A stretch of 47,921 bases of DNA from a virus (taxonomy: Duplodnaviria > Caudoviricetes), in IMG/VR virus record IMGVR_UViG_3300016675_000127, positions 1-47,921 of that record. The stretch is one strand, 5' to 3'. Positions within the stretch are counted from its first letter, which is position 1, and every line of letters begins with the position of its first letter. Positions 16,798-25,266 of this stretch are shown in pieces. Under the pieces are notes generated by a model that was given only the letters and a program-made list of their open reading frames with translations, did not search any database and was not told the DNA's origin. The translations under genes were made by a program, and so were the position numbers.

Positions 16798-18109
16798 TGT
16801 ATTAAGTTTATTTGATGGAATGTCGTGTGGACAGCAAGCATTAGAAAGAGCTGGTATTGATGTTTGTAATTATTTTGCATCAGAAATTGATAAGTATGCA
16901 ATAATGGTTACGCAACATAACTATCCAAATACTATTCAGCTAGGAGATGTCACCAAATTAGACGTATCGAGTTTGCCTAAAATTGATTTATTGATAGGCG
17001 GGTCTCCTTGTACTAATTTTTCATTTGCTGGAAAAAGAAAAGGTATGACAACTAAAGCAAACGAAGAAATTTTTACGCTTGAACGTTATCTTGAACTTAA
17101 AAATGATGGATATGAGTTTGAAGGTCAATCTTATTTATTTTGGGAGTATATGAGGATACTTAATCAGGTAAAGCCAAAATATTTTTTACTGGAAAATGTA
17201 TTAATGTCTGAAAAATGGGAAAAAATACTATCTAAGGCAATTGGCGTAAATCCAATACTTATAAATTCATCTTTAGTGTCTGCACAGAATAGACAAAGAT
17301 TATACTGGACAAATATTGGATTAGAACCAAGTGGTTTATTTGGAGATTTACATTCTATAATAGAACAACCAAAGGATAAAAATATATTACTCAAAGATAT
17401 ACTCGAAGATGAAGTAGATAAAAAATATTTTGTATCAACTAAACTTATTGATAGAATAAATAAAACCAAAAATGGGGAAAAATGCTTTAATAATGATGGC
17501 AAATCATTGTGCTTAGCGTCTGTTTATTATAAGCAAGGAATGGACAATCAATTTATAGTTGAACAAACCAATAATAAGCGATTAAATGAAACAATTGAAA
17601 AGCATTTAAACAATCTTGAGGCCGGCACCTTGATTGATTCCTATAATAAACAAATACATAAAGACAAGAGTAATACTATCATAAAGACAGTTGCATCTGC
17701 TAATAATACTCATATTGTACATAGTACTATGAAAAGAAACGGAGATCCATCTAAGGGTGGTACTGGTCATTTAAGTAGAAGCGATGGTAAAACATACTGT
17801 TTAGATACTACACAGTCTTTTGCGATAGAAATATTAGGTGGTGATTTTGTAAGAAATAATTTTAGATGGAGAGAAAATAGCAAATCTGGAAATTTACTTG
17901 CACAGGCAAGACAAGATGGATACGAAGGGCAGGCTTTGGCTAATATCACAGGAAATATTAGAAGACTAACACCTATTGAATGTGAAAGATTGCAAACTGT
18001 TAAAGATGGATTTACATCAATAGTTAGCGACACACAGCGTTATAAAATGCTTGGAAATGGATGGACAATTGATGTTATTGCTCACATATTTAATTATTTA
18101 AAGTTATGA
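16784..18109 (+). CDS. DNA (cytosine-5) methyltransferase
   Basis: SLFDG, GGSPC, LENV, QNRQR, RRLTPIECERLQ and LGNGW motifs. Confidence 0.95.
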   Translation: MKGINVLSLFDGMSCGQQALERAGIDVCNYFASEIDKYAIMVTQHNYPNTIQLGDVTKLDVSSLPKIDLLIGGSPCTNFSFAGKRKGMTTKANEEIFTLERYLELKNDGYEFEGQSYLFWEYMRILNQVKPKYFLLENVLMSEKWEKILSKAIGVNPILINSSLVSAQNRQRLYWTNIGLEPSGLFGDLHSIIEQPKDKNILLKDILEDEVDKKYFVSTKLIDRINKTKNGEKCFNNDGKSLCLASVYYKQGMDNQFIVEQTNNKRLNETIEKHLNNLEAGTLIDSYNKQIHKDKSNTIIKTVASANNTHIVHSTMKRNGDPSKGGTGHLSRSDGKTYCLDTTQSFAIEILGGDFVRNNFRWRENSKSGNLLAQARQDGYEGQALANITGNIRRLTPIECERLQTVKDGFTSIVSDTQRYKMLGNGWTIDVIAHIFNYLKL

Positions 18110-18336
18110 TGTCAGAATCAAACGAACAGAAAGCAAACTTTAAAAAGCATTTTAACTGGTTAAAAAATAATCAAATAAAGGTAGTTTGCGAGATTGACTA
18201 CGAAACGCTATCAGTTGAGATAAAAACTTTTAATGCAGATAAGTTAATCCAGACTGACAAAGTGACTTTTGATAAAGAATTTTATAGTTATTACAGGCGA
18301 AAAATATCTCGAATGTATGAATACTTTAAAAAATAG
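18106..18336 (+). CDS. Hypothetical protein
   Basis: 76 aa, ATGA overlap. Confidence 0.6.
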   Translation: MMSESNEQKANFKKHFNWLKNNQIKVVCEIDYETLSVEIKTFNADKLIQTDKVTFDKEFYSYYRRKISRMYEYFKK

Positions 18337-18394
18337 TTACTAAAAAATTTGTAAATAAATACTTTGTTTGTAACTTTACTTTATAATTAAAACA

Positions 18395-18613
18395 ATGGCG
18401 ATAAGGAATAAGCAAAAAAAGGTACATGGCGTATTTTTGGAGTATCGAATAGAAAAACAGAAGCCATACGCTGGTGAAATAGCATCGACATTAGACCTCG
18501 TTTGGTTCTTTGTAGATGGAGTAAAAACAGGAATTAAACAATCAAAATTAGAAACTAAGTTACAGCAATGGAAAAACGAAGGAAAAAAAGTAAAGAAGAT
18601 TGGGCAGGAATAA
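18395..18613 (+). CDS. Hypothetical protein
   Basis: 72 aa ORF. Confidence 0.6.
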   Translation: MAIRNKQKKVHGVFLEYRIEKQKPYAGEIASTLDLVWFFVDGVKTGIKQSKLETKLQQWKNEGKKVKKIGQE

Positions 18614-18686
18614 TTCTGTCTTGGTCGATAGTAATAATTACACTAATAATCATCTGGCGTTTAATATACGCCTTAACTCTAATAAA

Positions 18687-18872
18687 ATGAAAAAGTTAAT
18701 CGTACCTATTGTTTACAATTGGTTATTTTCGCTAAGTTGCTCAATATTTACTCTAATATTTCACTTAGTGCTTTTCAACCATTTAAGTCACATTATTTTT
18801 GTTGGAGTGACTATTTACTTCTTAATAAGCACTTTGGTTTTGTTTAAAGTGTTTTTTGACGAAGAAGAGTGA
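18687..18872 (+). CDS. Small two-TM membrane protein (likely start 18687)
   Basis: In-frame ATG (MKKLIVPIV...) within the 18600..18872 ORF. Confidence 0.55.
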   Translation: MKKLIVPIVYNWLFSLSCSIFTLIFHLVLFNHLSHIIFVGVTIYFLISTLVLFKVFFDEEE

Positions 18873-18914
18873 ATTGTATTACAATTTTACTAAATATAAA
18901 TAGCTGTATAAATA

Positions 18915-18962
18915 AACCGTGACCTATCAGGTGGTTTCAAAGTTCGATTCTTTGCACGGTTC
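18915..18962 (+). ncRNA. tRNA-like element 3 (48-nt mini-tRNA with no anticodon arm)
   Basis: Perfect acceptor AACCGTG/CACGGTT, T arm CAAAG-TTCGATT-CTTTG, and only ACCT-ATC-AGGT-GGTTT between them. Confidence 0.72.
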
Positions 18963-18999
18963 AACCTTAATTTTGAGGTAATTTTAAACAATAAACACA

Positions 19000-19350
19000 A
19001 TGGAATTAGTGATTAAAGGCACTATCAAAACAATCGGAGAAGTAAATGTAGTATCCGATAAGTTTAAAAAAGTAGAATTTAGCATTGAAACATCTGACCA
19101 GTACCCTAAGGTTGTTGCGTTTCAAGTTACAAATGACAAAATAGACAACTTTTTGAAGTATAATAAAGTTGGTCAATCTGTCGAGGTTAAATTCAATGCA
19201 GAAAGTAAGGAGTATAATGGTAGGTTCTTTACAAATTTAACAGCGTGGAGGGTTCAAAACTTGGCTACTAATGCACAAGCACAAAATACAGCTCCAGCAT
19301 TACCTACGCAAAATGAGGTATCAGTAGAAGAAAGTGATTTGCCATTCTGA
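19000..19350 (+). CDS. DUF3127 family single-stranded DNA-binding-like protein
   Basis: QYPKVVAFQ, EYNGRFFTNLTAW and an acidic tail ending DLPF. Confidence 0.88.
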   Translation: MELVIKGTIKTIGEVNVVSDKFKKVEFSIETSDQYPKVVAFQVTNDKIDNFLKYNKVGQSVEVKFNAESKEYNGRFFTNLTAWRVQNLATNAQAQNTAPALPTQNEVSVEESDLPF

Positions 19351-19375
19351 TTTTAAACCATAAACAAAAAACAAC

Positions 19376-19936
19376 ATGAAAGGATTATCTTTATTACAAA
19401 AACTTGCTTTAATTCAGGAAGAATTTAAAGCTAATAAGTCGAAGTATAATAGCTTTGGTAAATACAATTACCGTTCAGCAGAGGATATATTAGAAGCCTT
19501 AAAGCCTTTTAATTCTAAATTTGGAGTAGTATTTACTATCAATGAAGAGTTAATCGGAATGGTTATTAAATCTACTGCTACTATTTATGATACTGAACAC
19601 GACAGCTCAATAAGTGTTTCTGCATTTGCTGGTATAGATTTAGAGCAAAAAGGTATGCAAGTACCACAGGCGTTTGGTTCTGCTTCCAGCTATGCTAAAA
19701 AATACGCTTTAGGTAATCTTTTAATGATTGATGATACAGCAGACCCAGACGCAACTAATACTCATACTGGAGATAAGCCTAAAATGCAAACTACAATTGC
19801 ATACTTAAATCCAAACACAGAAGCTTGGATAAAAGCAGTTGAGTATCTAAAAGGTGGAGGTAGTATTGAATCTATTACTAAAAAGTATAGATTAAGTGAT
19901 GAAAATCGTCAAAAGTTAATGGATGAATCTGTATAA
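19376..19936 (+). CDS. erf: ERF family single-strand annealing protein
   Basis: YNYRSAEDILEALKP and QAFGSASSYAKKYAL...DDTADPD. Confidence 0.9.
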   Translation: MKGLSLLQKLALIQEEFKANKSKYNSFGKYNYRSAEDILEALKPFNSKFGVVFTINEELIGMVIKSTATIYDTEHDSSISVSAFAGIDLEQKGMQVPQAFGSASSYAKKYALGNLLMIDDTADPDATNTHTGDKPKMQTTIAYLNPNTEAWIKAVEYLKGGGSIESITKKYRLSDENRQKLMDESV

Positions 19937-19944
19937 TTAACCAA

Positions 19945-19981
19945 CCGAGCTGGAGCGGCTACTTCAGCAGGATTTAAAATG
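19945..19981 (+). repeat. 37-bp hairpin-plus-start-codon repeat, copy 1
   Basis: 34/37 identical to 21206-21242. Confidence 0.9.
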
Positions 19982-20125
19982 TCACAAAAAATGAAAAAAG
20001 AAAATGTTCTCGTCAGTTTCAGCGGTGGCAGAACGTCAGCATACATGTCAAAATGGATGTGGGATAATTGTCAGCAATATTTCAATATGGTTTTTATGTT
20101 TGCAAACACAGGACTAGAGCATTAG
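19979..20125 (+). pseudogene. Truncated PAPS-reductase-like (PP-loop) gene, 48 aa
   Basis: MSQKMKKENVLVSFSGGRTSAYM...FANTGLEH*; stops just before a cassette boundary. Confidence 0.75.
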
Positions 20126-20223
20126 CCGATTAAAGGTACAAAAGCTGAATTTACCACGTCTGCCCAGCTTTTGGCAAACCGATGTTACAGGCAGGTGTGG
20201 GTTAATTTTAAACAATTGTCAAA

Positions 20224-20529
20224 ATGAACAAAATTTATAAGTACTCAATACCTACAAAGGAAAAGTACACTATTGAATTGCCAAAAGATGCAAAAATTAT
20301 TCGTGTTGAAGATGTGGACGGATTATTCTTTTTATGGGCAATCGTAAATACAGATGAAGAACACCCAACAGAAAAACGCTTTTTAGAATTTTACAAAACA
20401 GGGCAACCAATTGAAACGCCACTTGAAAGGCTTAATTATTTAGGCACTTGCAAACTTTTTATTATGCAGGAACTATGCCTTTATGTTTTTGAAAACACTT
20501 TTGAAACTGCTAAAATAAACGCATTATGA
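20224..20529 (+). CDS. Conserved phage hypothetical protein
   Basis: IYKYSIP...LPKDAKII...LWAIV...TG...YLGT pattern. Confidence 0.75.
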   Translation: MNKIYKYSIPTKEKYTIELPKDAKIIRVEDVDGLFFLWAIVNTDEEHPTEKRFLEFYKTGQPIETPLERLNYLGTCKLFIMQELCLYVFENTFETAKINAL

Positions 20530-21185
20530 GATACGGTGAACTGCCAAAAGAGTTAGGAATATTTGAAGTAGACTGTAAGGAAATGATGTTCTACCAATAT
20601 TTGCCTATCAAAATGCCAAACGAAACACAACCTATTTACGAGCAAAGATTAAATTGTTTTGATAAATTGATTGGTGCAATTTGTTGTGATTTTATTGGCG
20701 AATTTGGGTTAGATAACTATGTAGAAAGCTATGTTTATTTAACTGCAAAGTATTTGTATCAAATGCCAAATTGCTCTTTTAATAGAATGGGCTGGCATAG
20801 CGATGGTTTTTTAACCGATGATATTAATTATATCTGGTGCGATAAATACCCAACTATTTTTAACAAGACGGATTTTGATTTACCATTGAATGACTTGCTT
20901 TCTATGGAAGAAATGGAAAAACAAGCAAAGCCATTTAATGATGTAACCTACAAAGAAAATCAACTTTTAAGGCTTAATCAATTTAATATACACAAAGTTG
21001 CACCAATTGAAAAAGGCGGGATGAGAACCTTTTTAAAAGTGTCAATTAGTAAAGACAAATACGATTTGATTGGTAACAGTCACAACTATTTATTGGATTA
21101 CAATTGGCAAATGAAACAAAGGAACGAAGTCAGAAATATTCCGCAGTCAGTCGTTAGTACGCAGGGTGCTAACACTTGCCTGTAA
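20526..21185 (+). CDS. Putative 2OG-Fe(II) oxygenase-fold protein
   Basis: WHSDG (HxD), distal H (NIHKV) and R (MRTFLKVS). Confidence 0.6.
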   Translation: MRYGELPKELGIFEVDCKEMMFYQYLPIKMPNETQPIYEQRLNCFDKLIGAICCDFIGEFGLDNYVESYVYLTAKYLYQMPNCSFNRMGWHSDGFLTDDINYIWCDKYPTIFNKTDFDLPLNDLLSMEEMEKQAKPFNDVTYKENQLLRLNQFNIHKVAPIEKGGMRTFLKVSISKDKYDLIGNSHNYLLDYNWQMKQRNEVRNIPQSVVSTQGANTCL

Positions 21186-21205
21186 CACCGAAATAAACGA
21201 ACTAC

Positions 21206-21242
21206 CCGAGCTGGAGCGGTTACTCCAGCAGAATTTAAAATG
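21206..21242 (+). repeat. 37-bp hairpin-plus-start-codon repeat, copy 2
   Basis: GCTGGAG-CGGTTA-CTCCAGC hairpin followed by ATG; a covarying third copy is at 21877-21899. Confidence 0.9.
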
Positions 21243-21485
21243 AAAACAAAAACATCAAATTTATATAGAATCTTTGCTTTTGTTTGTACACTATTAGTAG
21301 CCGTTATTTCTTGCGGTTGCGAATCGCCATCTGGACAACGATATAAAAAAGATGGATATTCGATTATAGAAATTGATAGTTGCGAATACATAGAAGTTTC
21401 AAGTATGACAGGAGCAAACAATGGGTACTATTCATTAACTCACAAAGGAAATTGTAAATTTTGTTTAGAACGTAGTAAAAAATAA
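21240..21485 (+). CDS. Small lipoprotein-like protein
   Basis: Hydrophobic segment then SC, IIEIDSCEYI and THKGNCKFC. Confidence 0.7.
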   Translation: MKTKTSNLYRIFAFVCTLLVAVISCGCESPSGQRYKKDGYSIIEIDSCEYIEVSSMTGANNGYYSLTHKGNCKFCLERSKK

Positions 21486-21489
21486 TCGC

Positions 21490-21625
21490 ATCTAACGTTC
21501 CGATTATTGCCGCAGTGGCGGTTTAAAAGCACAAATGTTCAATTTTAAAACTAAAGTATATGAAAACCACAAAAGACCAAACAAGCACTTCACCCGCCAT
21601 TGTCGGCAATAATGTGTTATGCCCC
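21490..21625. mobile_element. Best-preserved attC-like site
   Basis: TAAC-N6-ATTATTGCCG-CAGTGGCGG ... CCGCCATTG-T-CGGCAATAAT-GT-GTTA: long inverted repeat with one extrahelical base and an asymmetric spacer. Confidence 0.7.
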
Positions 21626-21856
21626 GTTGTTCTTGATGTTCTTTATGAATGGCACAGGAAACAAAGCGGTTGGTGGTATGGTTACACAAAATTAATGATT
21701 GATGTTCGGGATAGGATGGGAAAAGAAATTGAGCTTTCGCTTATCAAAGAAGCATTGCGAGAGTTAAGAAAGCAAGGACTTGTCAAGGTAGAACCGATTT
21801 ACAAAGAAGAAAGCGGTATGCTCAATGGTAGTGGTTATTTCTACAATGGGGCATAA
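21560..21856 (+). CDS. Hypothetical protein (possible winged helix), cassette-borne
   Basis: The N-terminus is encoded by the attC-like arm and the stop lies within GGGGCATAAC. Confidence 0.7.
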   Translation: MKTTKDQTSTSPAIVGNNVLCPVVLDVLYEWHRKQSGWWYGYTKLMIDVRDRMGKEIELSLIKEALRELRKQGLVKVEPIYKEESGMLNGSGYFYNGA

Positions 21857-21908
21857 CACAAAAATAAACGAAATACCCGAACCATAGCGGTTACTATGGC
21901 ATATAACT

Positions 21909-22073
21909 ATGAAAAAGCAAATAACTTATCAAACTGGAGAAAACGTACTTTTGGATGGTATTTATATCGTTCAGCTTGTGAAAATTGGACAAATAATGTC
22001 CACGATAAAAGACGATTTCACTGAAAGAATAGTGTTTAATACAAGATTTAAGAAACTTAAAAAAGCTAAATAA
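21909..22073 (+). CDS. Small hypothetical protein, 54 aa (not in ORF track)
   Basis: MKKQITYQTGENVLLDG...; follows the third repeat hairpin. Confidence 0.6.
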   Translation: MKKQITYQTGENVLLDGIYIVQLVKIGQIMSTIKDDFTERIVFNTRFKKLKKAK

Positions 22074-22074
22074 C

Positions 22075-22512
22075 ATGGAAAAATCATTAGTATTTCAATC
22101 CAGTCAGCCTTTGGTAGAATATAGCAAAGGTGAAATTTTAAACTTAGCTGACGATGTAGCAAAAGAAATAGAACAAGCTGATAGCTACGAGCAAGCATGG
22201 GCGTTTCTTTCTAAAATAGAGTTGCTTTGTGAAGAGGTTAAAAACAAGATAAGAGACGGAGTTATCGCAAATGTTGATAAAGGCAATGACTTTGCAACAG
22301 GCGTAAAGATGAGAGTAATGGAACGTACTCAAAACTCTTTCAAAAACGATGAAACTTGGATTAGGCTAAATGATATGCTCAAAGAGCGTGAAAGTCTTTT
22401 AAAGTCGCTAAAAGAGCCTACAACGTTCTTAGATGAAACAACAGGAGAGGTTATAAAGCTTAACCCTCCAACAAAAACTACTACTACTTACATTAAAAAC
22501 GAAATATTATAA
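22075..22512 (+). CDS. Hypothetical protein
   Basis: 145 aa helical protein with a DETTGEV motif. Confidence 0.75.
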   Translation: MEKSLVFQSSQPLVEYSKGEILNLADDVAKEIEQADSYEQAWAFLSKIELLCEEVKNKIRDGVIANVDKGNDFATGVKMRVMERTQNSFKNDETWIRLNDMLKERESLLKSLKEPTTFLDETTGEVIKLNPPTKTTTTYIKNEIL

Positions 22513-22514
22513 AA

Positions 22515-22940
22515 ATGAAAACGGTATTTAAAGTTGGTGACAGAGTATATGAAGAAATAAGATTTCAATCTTGGGGAACTATTATAGAAATTAACATTAG
22601 AAACCCTTTTCCTATTATTGTTAAGTTTGATAATTCAGATAATATCATATCTTTTACATTAGATGGAAAAAATATAATATATGACCAACTCCCAACTCTA
22701 TCTTTCACGGAGTACGATTTAGTAAAGGGAGGTTTTAGTCAAGAAAGACCTGAAATACTACCTGAAAAAGGAGATATTGTTTGGGTGAGAAATAATCAAG
22801 ATGGAAAATGGAAAATAGCACATTTCGTTCAACAATTCCAAGAAGGTCCGTATTATTTTGAATGTTCTTATTATGCAAATTTAATGGACAGAGATACATA
22901 TAAATTTATGACCACTAAAAATCCTTACAAGAATGATTGA
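22515..22940 (+). CDS. Hypothetical protein
   Basis: FKVGDRV...PTLSFTEY...GFSQERP. Confidence 0.75.
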   Translation: MKTVFKVGDRVYEEIRFQSWGTIIEINIRNPFPIIVKFDNSDNIISFTLDGKNIIYDQLPTLSFTEYDLVKGGFSQERPEILPEKGDIVWVRNNQDGKWKIAHFVQQFQEGPYYFECSYYANLMDRDTYKFMTTKNPYKND

Positions 22941-23319
22941 TTTAGTAATCGACTTTGACAGCTTAGACGATAAATCTAAGCTGTTTGCTACCTTAAAAGG
23001 ATTGAAAGGTAAGCAGAATATAAAGATTCAGAAGCATAGAAATAAACGCTCAGATAAGCAGAATAAGTACTATTGGGGCGTTGTAATTGCTTATATATCT
23101 AACGAAACTGGATTTACCGATGAAGAGGTTCATGAATTGCTAAAGTTTAAATTTTTACAAACTTCAAAAGTTTCAAGGCAAGGGAGTATGGAAACATTTA
23201 TACAAAGTACAACCGAACTTGACACCTTAGAAGCAGAAGAATATTTGTATAAAATACGAATCTGGGCGTTAAATTTTTTAAATTTGCAAATACCATTACC
23301 AAACGAAGTGGTTTTATGA
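22933..23319 (+). CDS. NinB/YbcN-like protein
   Basis: RSDKQNKYYWGVV...HELLK...STTEL; upstream of ninG. Confidence 0.72.
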   Translation: MIDLVIDFDSLDDKSKLFATLKGLKGKQNIKIQKHRNKRSDKQNKYYWGVVIAYISNETGFTDEEVHELLKFKFLQTSKVSRQGSMETFIQSTTELDTLEAEEYLYKIRIWALNFLNLQIPLPNEVVL

Positions 23320-23510
23320 CACCTAAAGAAAAAGCAATCGAGCTAGTAAATAAATTTAGCAATGTTGGATTACAACAAAGAAACGAAGGTATAGCTTGTG
23401 CATTAATAGCAGTAGATGAGATATTGAATCACCATTATCAAGAGCAATCATTATATAGAATTGATACTTATTATTGGCGAGAAGTTAAAAAAGAAATTCA
23501 AAAACTATGA
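23316..23510 (+). CDS. Small hypothetical protein
   Basis: MTPKEKAIELV...CALIAVDEIL...YWREVKKEI. Confidence 0.75.
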   Translation: MTPKEKAIELVNKFSNVGLQQRNEGIACALIAVDEILNHHYQEQSLYRIDTYYWREVKKEIQKL

Positions 23511-24022
23511 AGTGTATTATTTGCAAAAAAACGCTTGAAAATAGGATGCAGAAAGGAGTTTGTTCTGTCGAATGTGCAATTGCCTACTCAAAGACAAAAC
23601 AATGTCAAAATGAAGCTAAAAAGATGCAAAAAGAGAAAGACAAGAAGCAGAAAGAACAACTTGCAACTTCATCCGAATTGAAAGCTAAAATAAAGCGAAT
23701 AGTACAAAAACAAGCAAGAAAGCGAGATGCCGTAAAACCTTGTATAAGTTGCGGTAGGCTATCTGCTGATGAGTGGCATGGCGGTCATTATTTCCCTGCT
23801 GGCACTCATAGCGGAGTAATGTTTGATTTACGTAACATACATAAGCAATGTAATCATTGTAATATACACTTACACGGCAATCAAATAAACTACCGTCAAG
23901 GACTTATAAGACGATATGGATTAAATTATTTATTAGAGTTAGAAGAATATGCTATTAGAACTAAAAAAAGAAAATGGCATAGGATAGAATTAGTAGAAAT
24001 TTTAAACGAACTGAAAAAATGA
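23507..24022 (+). CDS. ninG: NinG/Rap-like recombination endonuclease
   Basis: CxxC...CSxEC, RD...CISCG, GGHY and NIHKQCNHCN. Confidence 0.88.
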   Translation: MKCIICKKTLENRMQKGVCSVECAIAYSKTKQCQNEAKKMQKEKDKKQKEQLATSSELKAKIKRIVQKQARKRDAVKPCISCGRLSADEWHGGHYFPAGTHSGVMFDLRNIHKQCNHCNIHLHGNQINYRQGLIRRYGLNYLLELEEYAIRTKKRKWHRIELVEILNELKK

Positions 24023-24213
24023 AATTTTTAAAAAACTTATTTTTATTTATTTTTTTATTATCATTAACACAAATAATAATTATAGTGAGCATGAATTTTA
24101 TATTCGGTAGCTACGATTATGAAAATTGGGGTGCTTTAGGTAGAGCTTCGTATTTAGTATTAACAATAATTTTTGCATCAAAAACATACGACAAAATAGA
24201 AGAAACAATATGA
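24019..24213 (+). CDS. Small two-TM membrane protein
   Basis: 64 aa, hydrophobic. Confidence 0.65.
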   Translation: MKFLKNLFLFIFLLSLTQIIIIVSMNFIFGSYDYENWGALGRASYLVLTIIFASKTYDKIEETI

Positions 24214-24611
24214 AAAATTACATAGGAAAAAAGTGTAGGGGATTTTTTTTTGGAGAACAAGATAATAGCGAATATTCTTTTTATTCAGTAATGGAAGACT
24301 ATATAGGGGTAATAGGAACTATTGTTGAGCAAGAAAACGACTATGTTTTGATATATTTTAATGGATCTTCATGGTATTATCCTATTTCAGAAATTGAAAA
24401 ACATTTAGTTGATGAAGAGAAAGATTCTATTGTAGAAGCGGTACGAGCAGACTTAGAAAGACGCTCCGAGATTGGCATTAAGAAATATAATACAACGCTT
24501 GATAGAATAGATTTAACCGAGATAGACTGGTTAAATCACGCATACGAGGAAGCATTAGATTTAGCACTTTACTTAAAAAAAACAATAACTTTAAAACAAG
24601 AAAGCAAATGA
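24210..24611 (+). CDS. Hypothetical protein with a C-terminal all-alpha NTP-pyrophosphatase-like domain
   Basis: GIKKYNTTLDR...WLNHAYEEALDLALYL. Confidence 0.6.
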   Translation: MKNYIGKKCRGFFFGEQDNSEYSFYSVMEDYIGVIGTIVEQENDYVLIYFNGSSWYYPISEIEKHLVDEEKDSIVEAVRADLERRSEIGIKKYNTTLDRIDLTEIDWLNHAYEEALDLALYLKKTITLKQESK

Positions 24612-25048
24612 GAGAATTGATTAAAAATGTAATTGATTGGGCGAATGAAAGAAACCTTATTCATGAAGAAAACGCTATTAAACAATATTTAAAAGTAATA
24701 GAAGAGGTTGGAGAAACTGCCAGAAGTATTATCAAAGACGACCTAGAGGGAACAATAGACGGTTTTGGTGATATAGCAGTAACTATAATCATTCTTTACG
24801 CTCAATTAAATAAAGGCAAAGAAATTATTTATTACAATAACGAACTGCCAAAGCTTGATTTATTTTCAGACCTTTTAAGGCACGTAACTGAGGACTATTG
24901 TGCAAATAATGCTTTAGCAGTTTTAAGTCAAATTACAGAGCGTTATGGGCTTAATTTAGAGCAATGTTTAGAATCAGCTTACAATGAGATTAAGAACCGC
25001 AAAGGAAAGACCGTAAACGGCAATTTTATCAAGGATGAAAATAATTAA
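24608..25048 (+). CDS. MazG-like nucleotide pyrophosphohydrolase
   Basis: WANERNL, KVIEEVGE, DGFGD and AYNEIKNRKG...FIK. Confidence 0.85.
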   Translation: MRELIKNVIDWANERNLIHEENAIKQYLKVIEEVGETARSIIKDDLEGTIDGFGDIAVTIIILYAQLNKGKEIIYYNNELPKLDLFSDLLRHVTEDYCANNALAVLSQITERYGLNLEQCLESAYNEIKNRKGKTVNGNFIKDENN

Positions 25049-25087
25049 AATTTTTCTTGCAATGAAATTTGGTTACTATTAATTTTG
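25036..25087 (+). promoter_or_regulatory. Bipartite promoter, copy 1
   Basis: 23 bp + N15 + 14 bp (ending TAATTTTG); both blocks are identical to 26443-26494. Confidence 0.78.
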
Positions 25088-25242
25088 CATTGTTAGGAGT
25101 TTGATTAATTATAATTCGATACAACTACGGCAGGAATTTAATAAATGTCTATTTCGTTTGATTTTTTATTGAATTATCGGAAAAACCTGCCGTATTTTGT
25201 TTGAATCTGAACTAAAGCTGGTCTTTATAGTAGGATTTCCTC

Positions 25243-25265
25243 GGTGGTTAATAGCCACCTTTTTT
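25243..25265 (+). terminator. Intrinsic terminator
   Basis: GGTGGTT-AAT-AGCCACC with a T-run. Confidence 0.65.
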
Positions 25266-25266
25266 A

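Larger units (their letters stand above)
20184..21186 (+). mobile_element. attC-like gene cassette carrying two ORFs
   Basis: Start GTTACAGGCAGGTGT is a 14/15 reverse complement of end ACACTTGCCTGTAAC, and the last gene's TAA lies inside the end box. Confidence 0.65.

Noticed and set aside
19945-21900. 37-bp repeats as a CRISPR mini-array
   Set aside because: The copies are 0.7-1.3 kb apart with genes between them, and no cas genes are present.
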